In this document: positions 10,001-19,099 of the stretch, in pieces
Numbering within the stretch: position 1 is the stretch's first letter
Layout of the letters: each line of letters opens with the position of its first letter
NCBI GenBank assembly: GCA_963792585.1
Contig: CAWBWI010000006.1
Location: forward strand, 832,001 to 896,000
Direction: 5' to 3'
Source: Candidatus Eiseniibacteriota bacterium
GTDB lineage: Bacteria > Eisenbacteria > RBG-16-71-46 > CAIMUX01 > VGJL01
DNA length: 64,000 nucleotides
Notes under the pieces: generated by a model
The model's database searches: none
What the model was told of the DNA's origin: nothing
The model's input: only the letters and a program-made list of their open reading frames with translations
Program-made: the position numbers and the translations under genes

Positions 10001-10866
10001 TGATCGAGTGGAGTCGCATGCCCAACTTCAACCCGAACTTCGACGAGCTGCAGACCTTCGAGCTGATCATCGAGGATCCGCAATACCACCCGACCGGTTC
10101 GGGAAACGGGAGTTTTCTGTTCCAGTACAAGCAGGTCACGAACAACGACAGCGACCGCATGTTCGCAACGGTCGGGATCGAGAGCGCGGCCGAGGATGTC
10201 GGGCTCGAGTACACCTACTCGAACCTCTATCCGGGCGCCTGCTCGCCGTTGGGATCGGGCCTGGCGATCCGCTTCGCGACCGATCCCCCGCGCTATGACC
10301 CGGCGAAGCTTCGCACCTTCTCCGCCCGAGAGTTCGGCTCCGGCATTGTGCTGTCCTGGGAGCCGTCCGACGATCGCCCGCGAAGCGGATACCGCGTGTA
10401 TCGCGGACCGGTGGACGGCGGCTACGGGCTGCTCACGGAATCCCCGATAGAGGCTTCGTCGAGATCGTTCGTCGACACGATGGCCGATCCCGACTCCAGT
10501 TACTCCTACCGGATCGGATCCCTGGATCCGTTTGGTCGGGAGACCCTGCTAGGGCCGTTCCCATACCTGGGGCGCGGGGCGGCCGGTCCGACGCTCGCCC
10601 TCGACACACGGACGCCGAACCCGTTCAAGGGTGTGGTCGACCTGACCTATGCGCTGCCCCGACGGGGAATCGTCGAACTTCGCGTCCACGATCTCTCGGG
10701 CCGCCTCGTCCGGACCCTGCTGAGCGGAACGGCGGACGCAGGGCTATGGACGACGAGTTGGGACGGGAAGGACGACGCGGGCCGCGATCTCCCGAGCGGG
10801 ATCTACCTCTGCAGGCTGAGCGCGGGAAGGGAATACCGAAACCTCAAGCTGACGCTCCTTCGATGA
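7060..10866 (+). CDS. Second secreted C25 (gingipain-like) family protein with C-terminal FlgD-Ig domain
   Basis: ATG 7060 after GGAGGAG; signal peptide; motifs YVLLVGD, SDLPF, LVGRLS, FVCQNNDF, SLLGDP; C-terminal PNPF...WDGKDD...SGIYLCRL. Shares the NPGETIEL and GPDxxGYYAxD blocks with the 170-4999 protein. Confidence 0.85.
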   Translation: MRTILILSVMLSLATAAVAVEIAGPPAGSAIHCTAQVSSGRTILTLQDDASSPFADAISRLVVLPPEGTPRVRLLSTDDGDDPPIDVTTGPPMILRGLRVLPVTITARASESGKTSEPMPHTIQIDVRCDEAGASTAIDSPALRFSRGFFEPLAGVIAPEQLAMIPATAEGTYLIVTDPQFLAAVEPFAAWKRAKGLDVVVVTTDVTGHQNNEIRNYIQGLYDSQTPPQYVLLVGDTPDASFNGGVPGFDFAGTISDLPFSLMDGDDFLPDLLVGRLSARSLEQAQTIVAKILRHEQNPYTEEGTDWFQRGLVVAADYASSTPVPVSRWCRNQLLDLGYAAVDSVYFPPHWGTGAILIPRSINAGVSVVSYRGWAYGIFGWEPPHFTLTEIAGLTNGWKLPVVFSFVCQNNDFKEPECFGEAWIRAGTATEPKGAVAFVGNSEPWSHTRFNDAAAIGAFEAMSSGTRRMGEILTSFKMGWLTQFPAEVPFSGDGKESVEYYFYIYSLLGDPEMEMWMAPPRPITVSYANPLPIGGNFLDVSVTTSGDPVAGVRVGLTQNGARIGSGWTDASGIAHVPAALATAGEVIVTVTGKGVAPFGGTAEVQAGLPFLSVQSTGIDDDGQGASSGNGDLVANPGETIELLVSLRNQGSTAATGVQGTLSPVGGISIISGAADFPDIPAGGTAASSSPFVVRVDAGAENGLVGRLRLDVGAGAIHSVSDLVLDVVAADLIAAQVVVDGDGVLDPGEEGNLSVSFRNAGAVPTGTMSGILRTSTPDLVALVDSTADYASIPSGELGGLVNAFRLRVAPDAGIGRVAVLRAILTCGGGQIIETSFSVSIGSVDHSAPLGPDAFGYYAYDNSDTDYPAGAPTFDWVTCSTVYGGQGTKLSLADNQVAVVDLPFPFTYYGSSYDRIAVSDNGWVSFDTSTYYDYYNWHMPNIYGNGAQIAPFWDNLDPMKKRYGVGIADGVYTWFDEAHHRFVIEWSRMPNFNPNFDELQTFELIIEDPQYHPTGSGNGSFLFQYKQVTNNDSDRMFATVGIESAAEDVGLEYTYSNLYPGACSPLGSGLAIRFATDPPRYDPAKLRTFSAREFGSGIVLSWEPSDDRPRSGYRVYRGPVDGGYGLLTESPIEASSRSFVDTMADPDSSYSYRIGSLDPFGRETLLGPFPYLGRGAAGPTLALDTRTPNPFKGVVDLTYALPRRGIVELRVHDLSGRLVRTLLSGTADAGLWTTSWDGKDDAGRDLPSGIYLCRLSAGREYRNLKLTLLR

Positions 10867-10978
10867 GCCCGCCGGACTGACCGGGGCCGGGAGCGCATAT
10901 CGACAATGACTTGGGGCGGACCGCGCAGGCGGCCCGCCCCGATTCGTTGAAGCCCCCTGGCCATGATGCGCCGGGAGC

Positions 10979-11344
10979 CTACGTGCAGACGATCTTGACC
11001 GCCGCGTCCTCGTCCGGGGCGTTCGGAACCACGTCGAGGATGCGCACGACATTCAGGATCGTCTGCGCGCGCCCCTGGACGGAGGCGATGCACATCTTTC
11101 CGCCCGCATTGGTCACGGATGTATAGCAGGCCGCGATGATCCCGACCCCTGCGCTGGAGATCATGCTGACGCCCCGCAAATCGATCACCACGCGTGCGGG
11201 CCCTTTGCGGGACTCCAGTTGCACCTGCTCGAGGAACGCATACGTTTCGGGGCCGCTATCGAGCATCCCACTCAGGCGGAACACGGACACACCCGCGTCC
11301 GCCCGCTCGGTCCGCTCCACCTGGAGTTTGTCCCACTTCGACAC
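10979..11344 (-). CDS. STAS domain anti-sigma factor antagonist
   Basis: 121 aa; LSGMLD, VVIDLRGVSMISSAGVG (conserved phosphorylatable Ser motif); AAGGAG RBS before GTG. Confidence 0.85.
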   Translation of the reverse strand: MSKWDKLQVERTERADAGVSVFRLSGMLDSGPETYAFLEQVQLESRKGPARVVIDLRGVSMISSAGVGIIAACYTSVTNAGGKMCIASVQGRAQTILNVVRILDVVPNAPDEDAAVKIVCT

Positions 11345-11519
11345 GGTCGACTCCTTCCCGCCACTCGGGGCGACGGGAGATGCTGGTCCGTCCGGGCGCC
11401 GGTGTCAACTCGCCGATTGCACTGCCATCCAACCCATTGTTCAGGCACCGCTCCCTCCCTGCCGACAATTGCCTCGGTATGCAGGCCGCCCCGAGGGATC
11501 GGGCGGCCGTGGAGGCAGC

Positions 11520-12035
11520 ATGAAATTCTACGCGATCGTGGCCGCACTCGCTCTTCTGCTCGGGATGGGATGCGAGACTGCAAGTACCAGCACTGAGGTT
11601 CTCAAGCACTTGCCGGTGGACAACACGGACGGGCTCCTCACGCAGTCCGGCGTCGCGCTCGATCATGCCGTCACCAGCGACGGCGCCGGGGCGCTCCGCA
11701 TCGACGCCGCGGGACCGACCGTCGTCCGGCTCTACGAGGTCTCGGGGCTTTCGATCGAGGACGCGCGCCTCATCTACCGGGCGAGGGTGAAGACGGAGAA
11801 CCTGGAAGGCCAAGCATTCCTGGAGATGTGGTGCGTCTTCCCGGGGACGGGCGAGTTCCTCTCCCGCTCGCTCCAGAGCCCCATGAGTGGCACGGTCGAT
11901 TGGTCCACTCAGGAGACTCCATTCTTCCTTCAGAAGGGGCAGAAGCCCGAACTCGTGAAACTCAACGTCGTCGTCAACGGCCGCGGAACGCTCTGGATCG
12001 ACGACATCGTCCTCTCGAAGGGACCGCTGAAGTAA
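11520..12035 (+). CDS. Putative lipoprotein, galactose-binding-like/CBM-like beta-sandwich
   Basis: GGAGG RBS; lipobox-like LLGMGC; motifs LIYRARVKTENLEG, GTVDW, GTLWIDDI. Confidence 0.7.
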   Translation: MKFYAIVAALALLLGMGCETASTSTEVLKHLPVDNTDGLLTQSGVALDHAVTSDGAGALRIDAAGPTVVRLYEVSGLSIEDARLIYRARVKTENLEGQAFLEMWCVFPGTGEFLSRSLQSPMSGTVDWSTQETPFFLQKGQKPELVKLNVVVNGRGTLWIDDIVLSKGPLK

Positions 12036-12122
12036 GTCCTGCGGGCCTGGTTCCATCGGTCGCGGATACGCCGTCGGACCTCAGAACGCGGCCCGACGGC
12101 GTTTGCAGCTGCGGAAGGGCGG

Positions 12123-14576
12123 CTACCGGATCGTCCGCACCACCCGGAACCCCAGAACGTCATCCTTCGAGTTCGGATAGAAGGCGTCCCGGGAAGCCGA
12201 TCGGCAGTACTGAGCCCATGCGTACCAGGACCCTCCACGGCGAACCCGCTGCACGCCGGTGGCCGGCCCCTCGGGGTCGATCACGACCTGGGTCCCGAGA
12301 TCCCCGTACCAATCCCAGCACCACTCCCAGACGTTTCCGTGCATGTCGTAGGAACCGGATGGGCCGGCGCCCTTCGACTTCACATCGTGTGTCGTGTTGC
12401 CGGAGTTCCCGCAGAACCAGCCGACTGCATCGATGACGGGGTCCGGCGATCCGAGGGAGTCGACGCAGGCGGGTTCGTCCAGATCGCCGCCCGGGAGGGC
12501 GGTCGCGCTGCCCGCGCGGCAGGTGGACTCCCACTCGGCTTCCGTCGGGAGCCTCCATCCGTCGGCTTCACGGTCCCAGGTGACGTTCTCCCCATCGATG
12601 ACATACGCCGGGGTCTTCCCCTCCAGACTCGAACGGGCATTGCAGTACTCAACCGCCTCGAGCCAGGTCACGCTCTCGACGGGACGCTGCGGCCCGACGA
12701 AGCGGGAGGGATTGGCGCCCATCAGGGCCTGGTACTCCGCCTGGGTCACTTCATGGTCGGAGATTTCAAGTTCCCGTGTGAGGACGACGGTGTGCAGGGT
12801 CTCGTCAGGGTCCCGGCCGACCTCCCCCGATGGGCTGCCCATCACGAAGGACTCGCCGACGAAGGGCCCATCGAAGACGTCGGTTCCAACGGGGTGTCCG
12901 TGTCCGTCGTTGAAGTGGAAGGAATAGGCGTAGCTGCCGCTGGGCCGGGTCGTTTCGTACTGGTAGACGGCCCCCGCCCTGTGGTCCCCGCTCACGAACC
13001 GCATCTCGAACGACAGGTCGCCGACCATCAGCATCGCTTCGACGGGAACGTCCCCGTCACCGTCGGCATAGGTGACCGAATAGACGAAGGGAGTCGCGCC
13101 GGGAGAGCCGGTCAGCGGGGTGACCGATCCTCCCTGAAGAGTCGGCGCCACGTTTCCGGACGGGGTGGTCTCGGAAGCCACGTTCGAGAGCCCGGACACG
13201 TTGCCCGCGCCGTCGGATGTTTTCATGGCGAAGTAGTAGAGGGTCGCCGGGATCAAGCCGTTGACCTCGAGCTGCTGCTCGGTGCCGCTCCGCTCGGGCG
13301 ACGGCTCGCCGCTGCAAGGGGTCGCGACTTCCCACGTGTCGTTCGTGATCGCTGAAGTCGCGTAGCGGATGTCGTATGCCGTCGCCGTTCCGGTGTAGAG
13401 ATCGTTGCCCGGCGCGGTCCAGCTCACGCGCAGACTCGTCGAGTCGACGGGAGCGACCGCCAGGTCCCCGACCGCGGCCGGCGGGGTGCGGTCCACGAAG
13501 GAGTCACCGCCGCTGACGACCAGCAAGCCATCGAAACGATCGCTGACGGCGATCGTGCCCGAGGATGCGAGGCCGACGCCGGTCGCGTATGTCGTCACGA
13601 TCGTTCCGGTCAGGACCGGATTCTCGGGATCGCGAACGTCGATCGTGTGGAGTCCGCCGTCCTGCGCCGCGATGAAGGCCGTCCCATCGCGCACAAGGAT
13701 CGCGCGGCAGGTTCCGGGTAGGGCAAGCGTGCCCACGATGACCGGCACATCCGATTCGTGGATGGCCATGATCACGAGGCCGTTCAGGCCGTCGGCAACG
13801 TAGGCGTAGCCGCTACGGCTGACGGGGTCGACATCGATCGCGACACCGAGCGCCTTGCCGGGAGTGTCGGTCGCGGAGACGAGCTTCACCACACCGAGCG
13901 TACGCACACGGACGTCCATGACCGCGAGACCCATTTCATCGTCGGCGACATAGGCCCAGCCGTTCGCCACCGCGATCGACTTCGCATACCCGCGCGTCGG
14001 GGCGAAGACACCGTTGTAGCGCAGCAGACCGGGGATGCTCGGGTCTGATTCGAAGATGCGGATCCCGTGCCAGTTCTCGGCGAGGTAGACGATGTAGGGG
14101 TTCGCGGGACTACTTGGGAGCTCGATGAAGAGCCCGTTGCCGTCTACGGCCGTCGTCCCCTGCTGGAAGGAAAAGGCGCTGTCCGGTTCGGAGACGTTGT
14201 AGGTCGTGATCCCCTCGGTCCCCTCCACGACGAAGGCGATGTCGGTGGCGCCCGTCGCTGTGGGAGTACTGGCGACGCGGACCGACTCGGCGAACTTCTT
14301 CGTGTCGGTTGTCGTGACGAGGACCGGGTTGTGCGGGTCGGCGATGTTCACGACCGCGAGCCCTGCCTCACCGCCGGCCACATAGGCATAGTCCCCCAGG
14401 ACGGCCACGTCCTCGGGGCCGCTCGGAAGCGGGATGCTCGCCACGACTTGATACGGAGAATGGGGCGGCTTGTAGAGGTCCTGCTCGCCGCAGCCCGCCA
14501 GCAAGGCGACGACCAAGATCGGCAACGGCAACGCCCATCGACATCCCTCGAAACCCGTCTTCCCCGTCCGCGTCAT
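12123..14576 (-). CDS. Lipoprotein with LVIVD beta-propeller repeats, fibronectin type III domain and C-terminal SUMF1/FGE-sulfatase-like domain
   Basis: Lipobox LLAGC; repeated YAYVA...GL.V.D motifs; WTAPGND FN3 motif; F.MGS, EVTQAEY, RLPTEAEWE, DMHGNVWEWCWDWY, RGGSW, GFRVVR. Confidence 0.85.
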   Translation of the reverse strand: MTRTGKTGFEGCRWALPLPILVVALLAGCGEQDLYKPPHSPYQVVASIPLPSGPEDVAVLGDYAYVAGGEAGLAVVNIADPHNPVLVTTTDTKKFAESVRVASTPTATGATDIAFVVEGTEGITTYNVSEPDSAFSFQQGTTAVDGNGLFIELPSSPANPYIVYLAENWHGIRIFESDPSIPGLLRYNGVFAPTRGYAKSIAVANGWAYVADDEMGLAVMDVRVRTLGVVKLVSATDTPGKALGVAIDVDPVSRSGYAYVADGLNGLVIMAIHESDVPVIVGTLALPGTCRAILVRDGTAFIAAQDGGLHTIDVRDPENPVLTGTIVTTYATGVGLASSGTIAVSDRFDGLLVVSGGDSFVDRTPPAAVGDLAVAPVDSTSLRVSWTAPGNDLYTGTATAYDIRYATSAITNDTWEVATPCSGEPSPERSGTEQQLEVNGLIPATLYYFAMKTSDGAGNVSGLSNVASETTPSGNVAPTLQGGSVTPLTGSPGATPFVYSVTYADGDGDVPVEAMLMVGDLSFEMRFVSGDHRAGAVYQYETTRPSGSYAYSFHFNDGHGHPVGTDVFDGPFVGESFVMGSPSGEVGRDPDETLHTVVLTRELEISDHEVTQAEYQALMGANPSRFVGPQRPVESVTWLEAVEYCNARSSLEGKTPAYVIDGENVTWDREADGWRLPTEAEWESTCRAGSATALPGGDLDEPACVDSLGSPDPVIDAVGWFCGNSGNTTHDVKSKGAGPSGSYDMHGNVWEWCWDWYGDLGTQVVIDPEGPATGVQRVRRGGSWYAWAQYCRSASRDAFYPNSKDDVLGFRVVRTIR

Positions 14577-14635
14577 CGATCGTCTCCTGTTTCGCCGGTC
14601 CGCCCGGCGGTCCGCTCCACGCGTCGCCTATCCCG

Positions 14636-15829
14636 CTAGAACGGGTAGACCGCGCTCACCCAAACTCGGTTGTTCTTGTAGTCCTTTTCGTCCGCTGCAT
14701 CGGCGCCCTTGTTGGCGGGCAAGGAACTCACCCGCTGCGTGTAGCGGTATCCCGCAGAGAGCGCTACCGGGCCGAAGAGCGGCGCGGTATCCACACCGCC
14801 CTCGAACACGTTCACCTCGTCCTTCCGGCCTACGTGAAGATCGTCTTCCCAGGGGGGACGGTCGGCCGTGAAGAAGTAGGCTTGGTACTGCCCCACCACG
14901 GAAATCGCCGTGAGCTTCCAAAGCCGGCCCTTCGGAAGCAGATTCACCTCGAACTCATAGAGGTCGCGCTCATAGGAAGGATCCCCGTCGTCGGATACAT
15001 CCTGGGTTTCCTGGACCGAGTCGCGCGCGCGCGCACGTACATTTGAGTAGGCGTAGCGCCCATTGAGCTTCACGGAAGGTCTAAGGCTGTAGCTCACATT
15101 TCCGACGGCATTCCATTCCCAGTTGTCGTTCTCCATGAAGGGACGATTGTAGAAACGGATCGTCCGCCCCACGTCGAGACGTGCCGTGACCTTGTCGCTG
15201 ACCCGTCGCGAGTATGCGAGGATGAAAGCGTTGCGGGCCGACTTGAAGGGTATCCAAGCGATCGGGACCGTCCGCGGGGTGTAGGGGGGACGATCCGACA
15301 GCTGGCGGATATAGGCCGACGGCGCATAGGTGTAGCTCGCCTCCAGGAAGTCGCGCGGGAACGTCTGCTGGCGCACACGGACCGACCATGCATCGTTGTT
15401 CTTGATGGGATTCTCGGCGTATTGCCATCGGGTCAGACCGAATCGGATGCTCGCGTTGCGGCCGCCGAAGAGCTTCGTGGCCATCGAGAAGGCGAGCTTC
15501 GGACTGACGATCATGTCATCGTAGGTCTTGGTGCGGAACTTGTAGGGCACGACATGCTGGCGAAATTCCAACAGCGTCCCTTCGGAGGATCGCAGGATGT
15601 TGTCGTCGTAGATGACCTGAAGCTCGAAACTCCCCGAGAGCTTGATCGATGGGGACTTTTTGGACTCGCGTGCCGCCGCCTTCGATTTGGTCTTGGATCT
15701 TGCCTTGGAGCTGGGTTTGGCGGCCAGATCCGTGGATCCGGCGGCGCGGTCAGCGGCATGTGCGTCGGCACCGCCCGCCCACAAGACGAGCGAGAGCAGA
15801 ATGACTCCCATCCGGATTTTCGCGTGCAT
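14636..15829 (-). CDS. Putative outer-membrane beta-barrel protein
   Basis: Signal peptide, YDDNI motif, alternating amphipathic strands, C-terminal VSAVYPF barrel signature. Co-oriented with the LVIVD/SUMF1 lipoprotein. Confidence 0.65.
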   Translation of the reverse strand: MHAKIRMGVILLSLVLWAGGADAHAADRAAGSTDLAAKPSSKARSKTKSKAAARESKKSPSIKLSGSFELQVIYDDNILRSSEGTLLEFRQHVVPYKFRTKTYDDMIVSPKLAFSMATKLFGGRNASIRFGLTRWQYAENPIKNNDAWSVRVRQQTFPRDFLEASYTYAPSAYIRQLSDRPPYTPRTVPIAWIPFKSARNAFILAYSRRVSDKVTARLDVGRTIRFYNRPFMENDNWEWNAVGNVSYSLRPSVKLNGRYAYSNVRARARDSVQETQDVSDDGDPSYERDLYEFEVNLLPKGRLWKLTAISVVGQYQAYFFTADRPPWEDDLHVGRKDEVNVFEGGVDTAPLFGPVALSAGYRYTQRVSSLPANKGADAADEKDYKNNRVWVSAVYPF

Positions 15830-16560
15830 GGACCGGTCCCTTCCGGTTTCCTGTGGCCGAACCGAAGCGCGGCGCGCGGGCGCCATCCCCCCCTCCGCCG
15901 GCAGCCCATCCCCGCCTTGGGGGATCTACCGCCGGTCAGGATACCTCATCGGAGAGGGCGGGCAAAGCTTCATCGCCTGCCCGCGTTACCGGTATTCCCG
16001 GGCCTCCCCCGGCGGGAGAGCCGGCAGCGGGTCTGCACTGTGAGGGCGGCCGACTTCATTTTTCAGTGATCTTAGCTATTTTTGACATGATCTCGGTGAC
16101 GCGTCCGGCCTGGGCCGGATCTCCGTGGGCGAAACGGGATTCGCGTCAGTCGTGCTTCCTCGAGATCGGATCGCGGCCGGCCCTGCGGCATCGGCTGTCA
16201 CCAATCCCCCACCACCGAGCCGGGGCGGAGCGTGGAGGTCCGCCTCCACCCGGGAACGCGGCATGATCTCGGCCGGGGTGGATCTGGGCGCGATCCCGGG
16301 GCGCGGCCAACAGGCGGGCGACCCGGCGATCCGAGGCCGCGCCCGTATCCGGCTTTGGCGGCGCAGCCATGTACGGGTGCCGGTCGCCGGCGCCGTCGAG
16401 GACTGCGAGATCGCGTTCGCGCGGGGGATCCTCGTTATCGTCCAGCGACTGCGCGCGCCAGACGATCGAGGCTCGACGACGCGGAGCAACGAGGGTCCGC
16501 GCGGACACAAGGAGCATGTGCGTGCGCATGACCGCGCGTATCGAGCTCCTCCGGGCACCG

Positions 16561-16690
16561 AAAGTAACTAATGTTAGGTGATGAATCCGCAGAGCTATTC
16601 GCCGCGATTCCGCGGTTCTCTTGCACGCTTTCACATAAGTCACGTGTTAAATCAATGTACATGATGTCATGATATCGCGTATAGTCGTCC
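16561..16690 (+). promoter_or_regulatory. AT-rich promoter/operator region upstream of the 16.8-29.6 kb cluster
   Basis: Locally AT-rich; TGTACA-N18-TATAGT (16656-16685) and a CATGA-TG-TCATG palindrome. Confidence 0.4.
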
Positions 16691-16788
16691 CACGGGCACA
16701 ACACGGCGACCAAGGCACGGGCTAGGAACAGGGACGGCACCAGGCCCCGGGGGGGGAACCGTCGTATGGGTCCGTAGAAGGTACGGCT

Positions 16789-17835
16789 ATGCCGCGTCCG
16801 ATGCTCACCCAATCCCAGTGCTCCGAAATCAGCGCCTCCGTCGACACGATCCTGAGTGCGAATCCCCGAGGGAACGGGGAACTCCACGCCTACGCGACCC
16901 GCTTCGTCCACCCCGTGCTGTCGAGGCAATTCCCCGAGATTCCGGCGCTATCCCTGAGGGTGGCCGGACTCATGGCACTACTTAAGCCTATTGGGGGGGG
17001 ACCGCCGCCCCCGATTCTCCATCACGACCTGGACAACCGGGTCGAGTGGATCCTGAACGCGACACGGTCCACACCGTTGAATCCCGCCGAACTGGAGACG
17101 CAAGTCGCCATCGCCTACGGATGCGGTTGGAGGCGAAGTGCCCGGAACGTCCGCCAGCCCCAATGGGATGCCGTTCACTGGGCCGATGCTGTGCGGGAAC
17201 TGGTCATTCCCGCAAAGAAGCACATCAGCAGAGTCTGTCGGCGATTGGAGACGGATGTCCCCGGATTCCGCCTTCCGGGCCACCTGGACGTCGAGATGCT
17301 GGGTAACTACGCCGTAGGGGTGTTCGTGGGAATGCGGCCCACGACCACCCGGGTGTACCACCACCTTCAGTCGATCCACAACTGGAACCCCATGATGGGA
17401 AGCCTCTATGGGTGGCTATTGAGGGCTATCGACGGCTTTGGCACCGTCAAAGGAAACCTACAGGTCAATCGCTTCCGCAATGGCATTCTGTACCCCGTCC
17501 TCGAGGACGACGGTCTGCTCGCGATCGGCCGGGTTGCCTACCGGGAGTGCGCCGACTGCACGACGAGGACCGAGTACGACACCGCCGGTTCATGCAGATC
17601 CTGCCGGCACGGCGCTTCGGGCAAGCAGTCGTTCATTGTCGACAATGTCCGGTTGATCTGGCCACCAGCCTACATCACCATCACCTTCCGGAAGTGCCGG
17701 AGACCGAAATGCAAAACCTACGTCCGTGGAACGCAAACCCACTGCCCGCGCTGCGGGGGAAACCTCTCCCCCCGACTGACTCATCTCTACGTCCACAGGT
17801 ATCTGATCGAAGAGGACACTCCGCAGACCCCGTAG
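16789..17835 (+). CDS. Hypothetical protein with possible degenerate ECF sigma region 2 and two C-terminal C4 zinc ribbons
   Basis: WNPMMGSLYGWLLRAI resembles the ECF sigma2 'FDPxxGSFxTWLxRI' motif. CADC...CRSC and CRRPKC...CPRC. Confidence 0.5.
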   Translation: MPRPMLTQSQCSEISASVDTILSANPRGNGELHAYATRFVHPVLSRQFPEIPALSLRVAGLMALLKPIGGGPPPPILHHDLDNRVEWILNATRSTPLNPAELETQVAIAYGCGWRRSARNVRQPQWDAVHWADAVRELVIPAKKHISRVCRRLETDVPGFRLPGHLDVEMLGNYAVGVFVGMRPTTTRVYHHLQSIHNWNPMMGSLYGWLLRAIDGFGTVKGNLQVNRFRNGILYPVLEDDGLLAIGRVAYRECADCTTRTEYDTAGSCRSCRHGASGKQSFIVDNVRLIWPPAYITITFRKCRRPKCKTYVRGTQTHCPRCGGNLSPRLTHLYVHRYLIEEDTPQTP

Positions 17836-17848
17836 GGGGGATTCACCG

Positions 17849-18538
17849 ATGAGTGCGGCAACAAACCGACGACTCGACGATCTCGCCTCGCTCTTGACCC
17901 AGGTGCGTTTCAGTCACGAGCACGCTGACTACAAGGAAAGCCGCATCTGGAGGATCTTCGTCTATCCCCGCAAGGGAAAAGGAGATCGCTTCGACGCGCT
18001 CCTTTCCGTAATCCCGCGCAGGGGCCGCGAGGAACTCGGCGCCGAGCTGCTTCTCACGCTGAGCGGAGGCGGAAAGTTCTGGCTCGTCAACGGGCCGACC
18101 AATGCCAAGGGCCAGGTCTGGTTCCGGGATCTGCCGTCCGGCGAATATGCTCCTCATCTCGGGACGATGCCGCTCCTCCCACCCCGCGTCCCCGTGGCGA
18201 ACGAGCGTCCCGCCGCCTCGAGCAAACGCAATGTGAATCCCCATCCGCCCGACGCTTGGCCATCCTACGTACTCGCGGATCGACGCATCTCCGCCGCACT
18301 CCAACAAGAAACATCCGGCCTTGCCGTGCTCACATGGAAGACCCTCGAACCGGAATTGGCGGGTATGCGCATCGGCTTCCAGATTGCCGGCGAAAGCGGC
18401 GAGGTTCTCCTCAATCCAAGAGGGCGATCGACGCGCCCGACCGCGCGATGGACCTTGCAGCAATCCTATGAGCAAGTCGCCGCGTTCCTTCCCCGTTTCA
18501 CAATTAAGAAGAGGAGACGAGGCGTGCGGAGCAGTTGA
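17849..18538 (+). CDS. Hypothetical protein with a carboxypeptidase-regulatory-like (prealbumin-like) segment
   Basis: Starts 13 nt after the upstream stop with a G-rich RBS; motif TNAKGQVWFRDLPSGEY; no signal peptide. Confidence 0.5.
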   Translation: MSAATNRRLDDLASLLTQVRFSHEHADYKESRIWRIFVYPRKGKGDRFDALLSVIPRRGREELGAELLLTLSGGGKFWLVNGPTNAKGQVWFRDLPSGEYAPHLGTMPLLPPRVPVANERPAASSKRNVNPHPPDAWPSYVLADRRISAALQQETSGLAVLTWKTLEPELAGMRIGFQIAGESGEVLLNPRGRSTRPTARWTLQQSYEQVAAFLPRFTIKKRRRGVRSS

Positions 18539-18657
18539 CGCGCCCTGCGCGGGCCCGGTCCGATCGCATCACGAAACCGGCCGTCCGCCGACCTCACCCG
18601 AGTTTCCACGAGCGCGAAGATTCTTCATTTTTCCTGCCGGTCCCCCGCCAAGAAGAC

Positions 18658-18674
18658 ACTAAGACATTCTTAGT
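18658..18674. promoter_or_regulatory. Perfect 7-3-7 inverted repeat, candidate operator
   Basis: ACTAAGA-CAT-TCTTAGT, overlapping an AAGACA direct repeat (18653-18658 and 18661-18666), in an AT-rich patch upstream of the Ubl/Pup operon. Confidence 0.45.
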
Positions 18675-19099
18675 CACTCCAGGCGCAGACGCGTCAGAAG
18701 GGGGTCCTCTCATGTCGTCCCGCAGTTGTCTTCCAGCCAAGCTCCACCCTCGTTGTCCCGGCAGGCCCGGCCTCTACTCGAACTCCTCCACCCTCCACCT
18801 CTCTCCTGCGCTCCCCTCGGCCATCGCTCTCGAGTCGATCCTCGCCCTGCGCGACGCGGACATACGGATTCGTCGGATCCGCCACGCGGCCGCGATCTCG
18901 ATCCATGTTCCTCCCTCGGAAACCAAAGCGACCCTAGAGACTCGGCGCGCGGCATAGCCCGCGCTCCGCGGACGCGACCGCATCCCCGGTGAAGGGACGG
19001 GCGCATGCGTTGCTGCGCGAAAGCGGGCGCGCGCTCCCACTCACCCGGGCTGAAAGCAGTCTCGTCGTGGTCGCCCACGATGGAAGGAGGAACCGCACC

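Noticed and set aside
15853..16643. Several overlapping 130-165 aa ORFs between the barrel gene and the AT-rich patch
   Set aside because: No RBS-supported start, motif or consistent frame; left unannotated.
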